Below are positions 61,685-64,000 of a stretch of DNA of 64,000 nucleotides, in pieces. The notes beneath the pieces are model-generated. The model had not been told where the DNA came from. It did not search any database and was given only the letters and a program-made list of their open reading frames with translations. The DNA is from Dipteris shenzhenensis (lineage: Eukaryota), in NCBI GenBank assembly GCA_047967505.1, contig CM106538.1; one strand, written 5' to 3'. A program made the translations under genes and the position numbers. Within the stretch, counting starts at the first letter, position 1, and every line of letters starts with the position of its first letter.

Positions 61685-62234
61685 TAGTAGTATTAGTAGT
61701 AGTTTGTATATACTTTGGCATGTATATGCTTTTGGATGTTGGCTCATTTGAGTGATTTTGTATCACCCTTTTCAAAAGGAAATTTATTAACAAACAAGGT
61801 TGTATATACTTTGGCATGTATATGCTTCTGTCTCTTGGCTCATTTGAGCAATTTTTTATCACCCCTTTCACAAGGGAAATTTTGTAACAAACAAGGTTTG
61901 ACAATTTTATCTTGCCTGTGTGCTTGTAAACATTCTTTCGTAATGTAAAAACAAAAAATATTAGTGGGGCAAAACAGGGCTTGATGTGGTCCTGTTTAGC
62001 CCCACTAATGTTTTTTTTAAAGTTCTATTAAGGGTTGCTATATAGCGATGCTTTACTAGTGTCGCTATATAGCGACGTTTACCAGAGTCGCTATATAGCA
62101 ATGCTTATACAGCGACATTTCTTCTTTGATGTTAATAGTGATGTAAATAGTGACTATTGCACCTGTTTCAAAAAAAACTTTTTAGTGTAAAAAAGGTCGG
62201 TATTCTCATCGAAAATGACCTGTGCCTTGTAGTG

Positions 62235-64000
62235 AATATCTAAAGAGATTGGCTATAGATACCATCAAGAGTCTCCGCACAAGGTATCCCAATCCAAATC
62301 ACCTTGAGTTCACTAATGAGAGTGCTCTCAACGGAAGCAAGAACGGAAGAAGGAGAGAGAGAGACAGAGAGCCACACAAGTTTTGGTGGGTGCAGAACAC
62401 CCTAATCTTCTTTTTCATTCATTTATATATGTGTTTGAGTATTGTACATAACCGGGGTAAAGGCACAGTGACCTTTAACCCCCACAACCTCCCACTTAAA
62501 GGAAAATGTGCCTTTAAGGGAGAACAACCAGTGAGCATACTATCCAATGCCCATCAATACACGACAATACTCAAATCGCTGACTAGGTAGACTCTTTGTC
62601 AGCATATCTGCAGGGTTATCATCTGTATGAACCTTGACAAGCTCTATGCACTTGTCCTCAAGTACCTCCCTGATGAAATGGTACCTGACCTCAATGTGTT
62701 TGGTCTTTGCATGAAAGACTGGATTTCGTGCTAGCTGAATAGCACTCATGGAATCACTATGCAATGTCGGTACACCTGTATGAATCCCCAAATCTCCCAC
62801 TAGCCAATCAAGCCATATAGCCTCCTTGCAACCCTCTGTGGCTGCAACATACTCAGCCTCTGTGGTAGACACACCACCCTAATCTTCTTTTTCATTCATT
62901 TATATATGTGTTTGAGTATTGTACATAACCGGGGTAAAGGCACAGTGACCTTTAACCCCCACAACCTCCCACTTAAAGGACAATGTGCCTTTAAGGGAGA
63001 ACAACCAGTGAGCATACTATCCAATGCCCATCAATACACGACAATACTCAAACCGCTGACTAGGTAGACTCTTCGTCAGCATATCTACAGGGTTATCATC
63101 TGTATGAACCTTGACAAGCTCTATGCACTTGTCCTCAAGTACCTCCCTGATGAAATGGTACCTGACCTCAATGTGTTTGGTCTTTGCATGAAAGACCGGA
63201 TTTCATGCTAGCTGAATAGCACTCATGGAATCACTATGCAATGTCGGTACACCTGTATGAATCCCCAAATCTCCCACTAGCCGATCAAGCCATATAGCCT
63301 CCTTGCAACCCTCTGTGGCTGCAACATACTCAGCCTCTGTGGTAGACAAAGCAACGCACTTCTGTGTGTGAGACATCCACGACACTGCACCACCTGCAAA
63401 GGTGAACACATAACCAGAAGTGGATCTCCTACTATCCACATGCCCTGCATAGTCTGAATTTGTGTACCCAAGTACACGCATGTCTCCTTTACCAAAGCAA
63501 ATGCACATCTCCTTGGTACCCTTCATGTACCTCATGATGCACTTAACTGCCTCCCAATGCCTCTTTCCTGGATTAGCCATATACCGGCTAACAACTCCCA
63601 CTACAAATGCAATGTCTGGTCTAGTAGCTATCATAGCATACATAAGACTCCCAACTGCTGATGCATAAGGAGCCTTGGCCATCATGGCCCTCTCCTCCTC
63701 TGATTTGGGACTATCTGTATGACTCAGTTTCACATATGGAGGCAATGGAGTACTCACTGCCTTCTCCCCCTCCATATTGAAATGCTGTAATACTTTTGTA
63801 ACATACTCTTTTTGTGAAAGCCAAAGGAGTTTCCTACTCCGATCACGCGTGATGCGCATACCAAGAATATGACCTGCAAATCCCAAATCCTTCATATCAA
63901 AGGCCTCATGCAACTTGGCCTTTAATGCATCTAGCTCATAAGTATTCTTGCTAGCCAATAGCATATCATCCACATATAGTGCCAGGATTATCAGGCTACT
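62235..64000 (-). mobile_element. 3' end of a Ty1/copia element (Tnt1/Tork-like RT-RNase H, PPT, 3' LTR ~62228/62235-62486); continues beyond the window
   Basis: LALYVDDMLLAS, FDMKDLG, PYASAVGSLMYAM, SRRSTSGYVFTF, VALSTTEAEY and KTKHIEVRYHFIRE. PPT AAGTGGGAGGT precedes TGTGGGGG on the minus strand. Confidence 0.95.
62398..63348. repeat. 477-bp near-identical tandem duplication covering RNase H tail, PPT and first ~89 bp of the LTR
   Basis: CACCCTAATCTTCTTTTTC at 62398 and 62875; TGTGGTAGAC ending at 62870 and 63347. Confidence 0.97.

Larger units (their letters stand above)
57769..62234. mobile_element. Putative CACTA internal-deletion derivative: left TIR + TnpD 3' remnant on minus strand (to ~58926), and a right end with subterminal repeats
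   Basis: CACTACTACACACAGG at 57769. 57769-58926 is the inverted homolog of ~28935-30058. GTCGCTATATAGC repeats lie at 62035-62115, and CCTGTGCCTTGTAGTG ends at 62234. Flanks AAG/AAT match 2/3. The two ends may belong to different copies. Confidence 0.6.

Overview
Eukaryotic, transposon-saturated land-plant DNA with GT-AG introns, CT microsatellites and Ty1/copia, Ty3/gypsy, LINE and CACTA remnants. A large-genome plant such as a fern is a plausible source, but this is inference only. No intact host gene, RNA gene or CRISPR array is visible. The left 27.5 kb looks like part of one very large, decayed DNA transposon with two divergent genes. On the minus strand is a spliced cargo pseudogene with an IDGQH (ParB/DGQHR-like) motif, a possible degenerate methyltransferase-like tail and two tandem Ulp1/C48-protease-like domains. 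On the plus strand is a DUF7869/Sola1-like transposase pseudogene with an N-terminal Tnp1/En/Spm-like domain. Between them lie duplicated TATA+leader-exon modules, a palindromic GC-rich minisatellite and an ~11.6-kb satellite with a 3x182-bp (~546-bp) higher-order repeat. The rest is nested TEs: a CACTA 3' half, a LINE remnant, a gag-only LTR element, a full-length decayed copia carrying a 1.3-kb TRIM-like insert, a gypsy integrase remnant, a second element sharing the large element's subterminal repeats and carrying a RING-finger ORF, a CACTA deletion derivative, and a copia 3' end with a 477-bp RNaseH-PPT-LTR duplication. All family assignments come from motif recognition by eye, not database searches.
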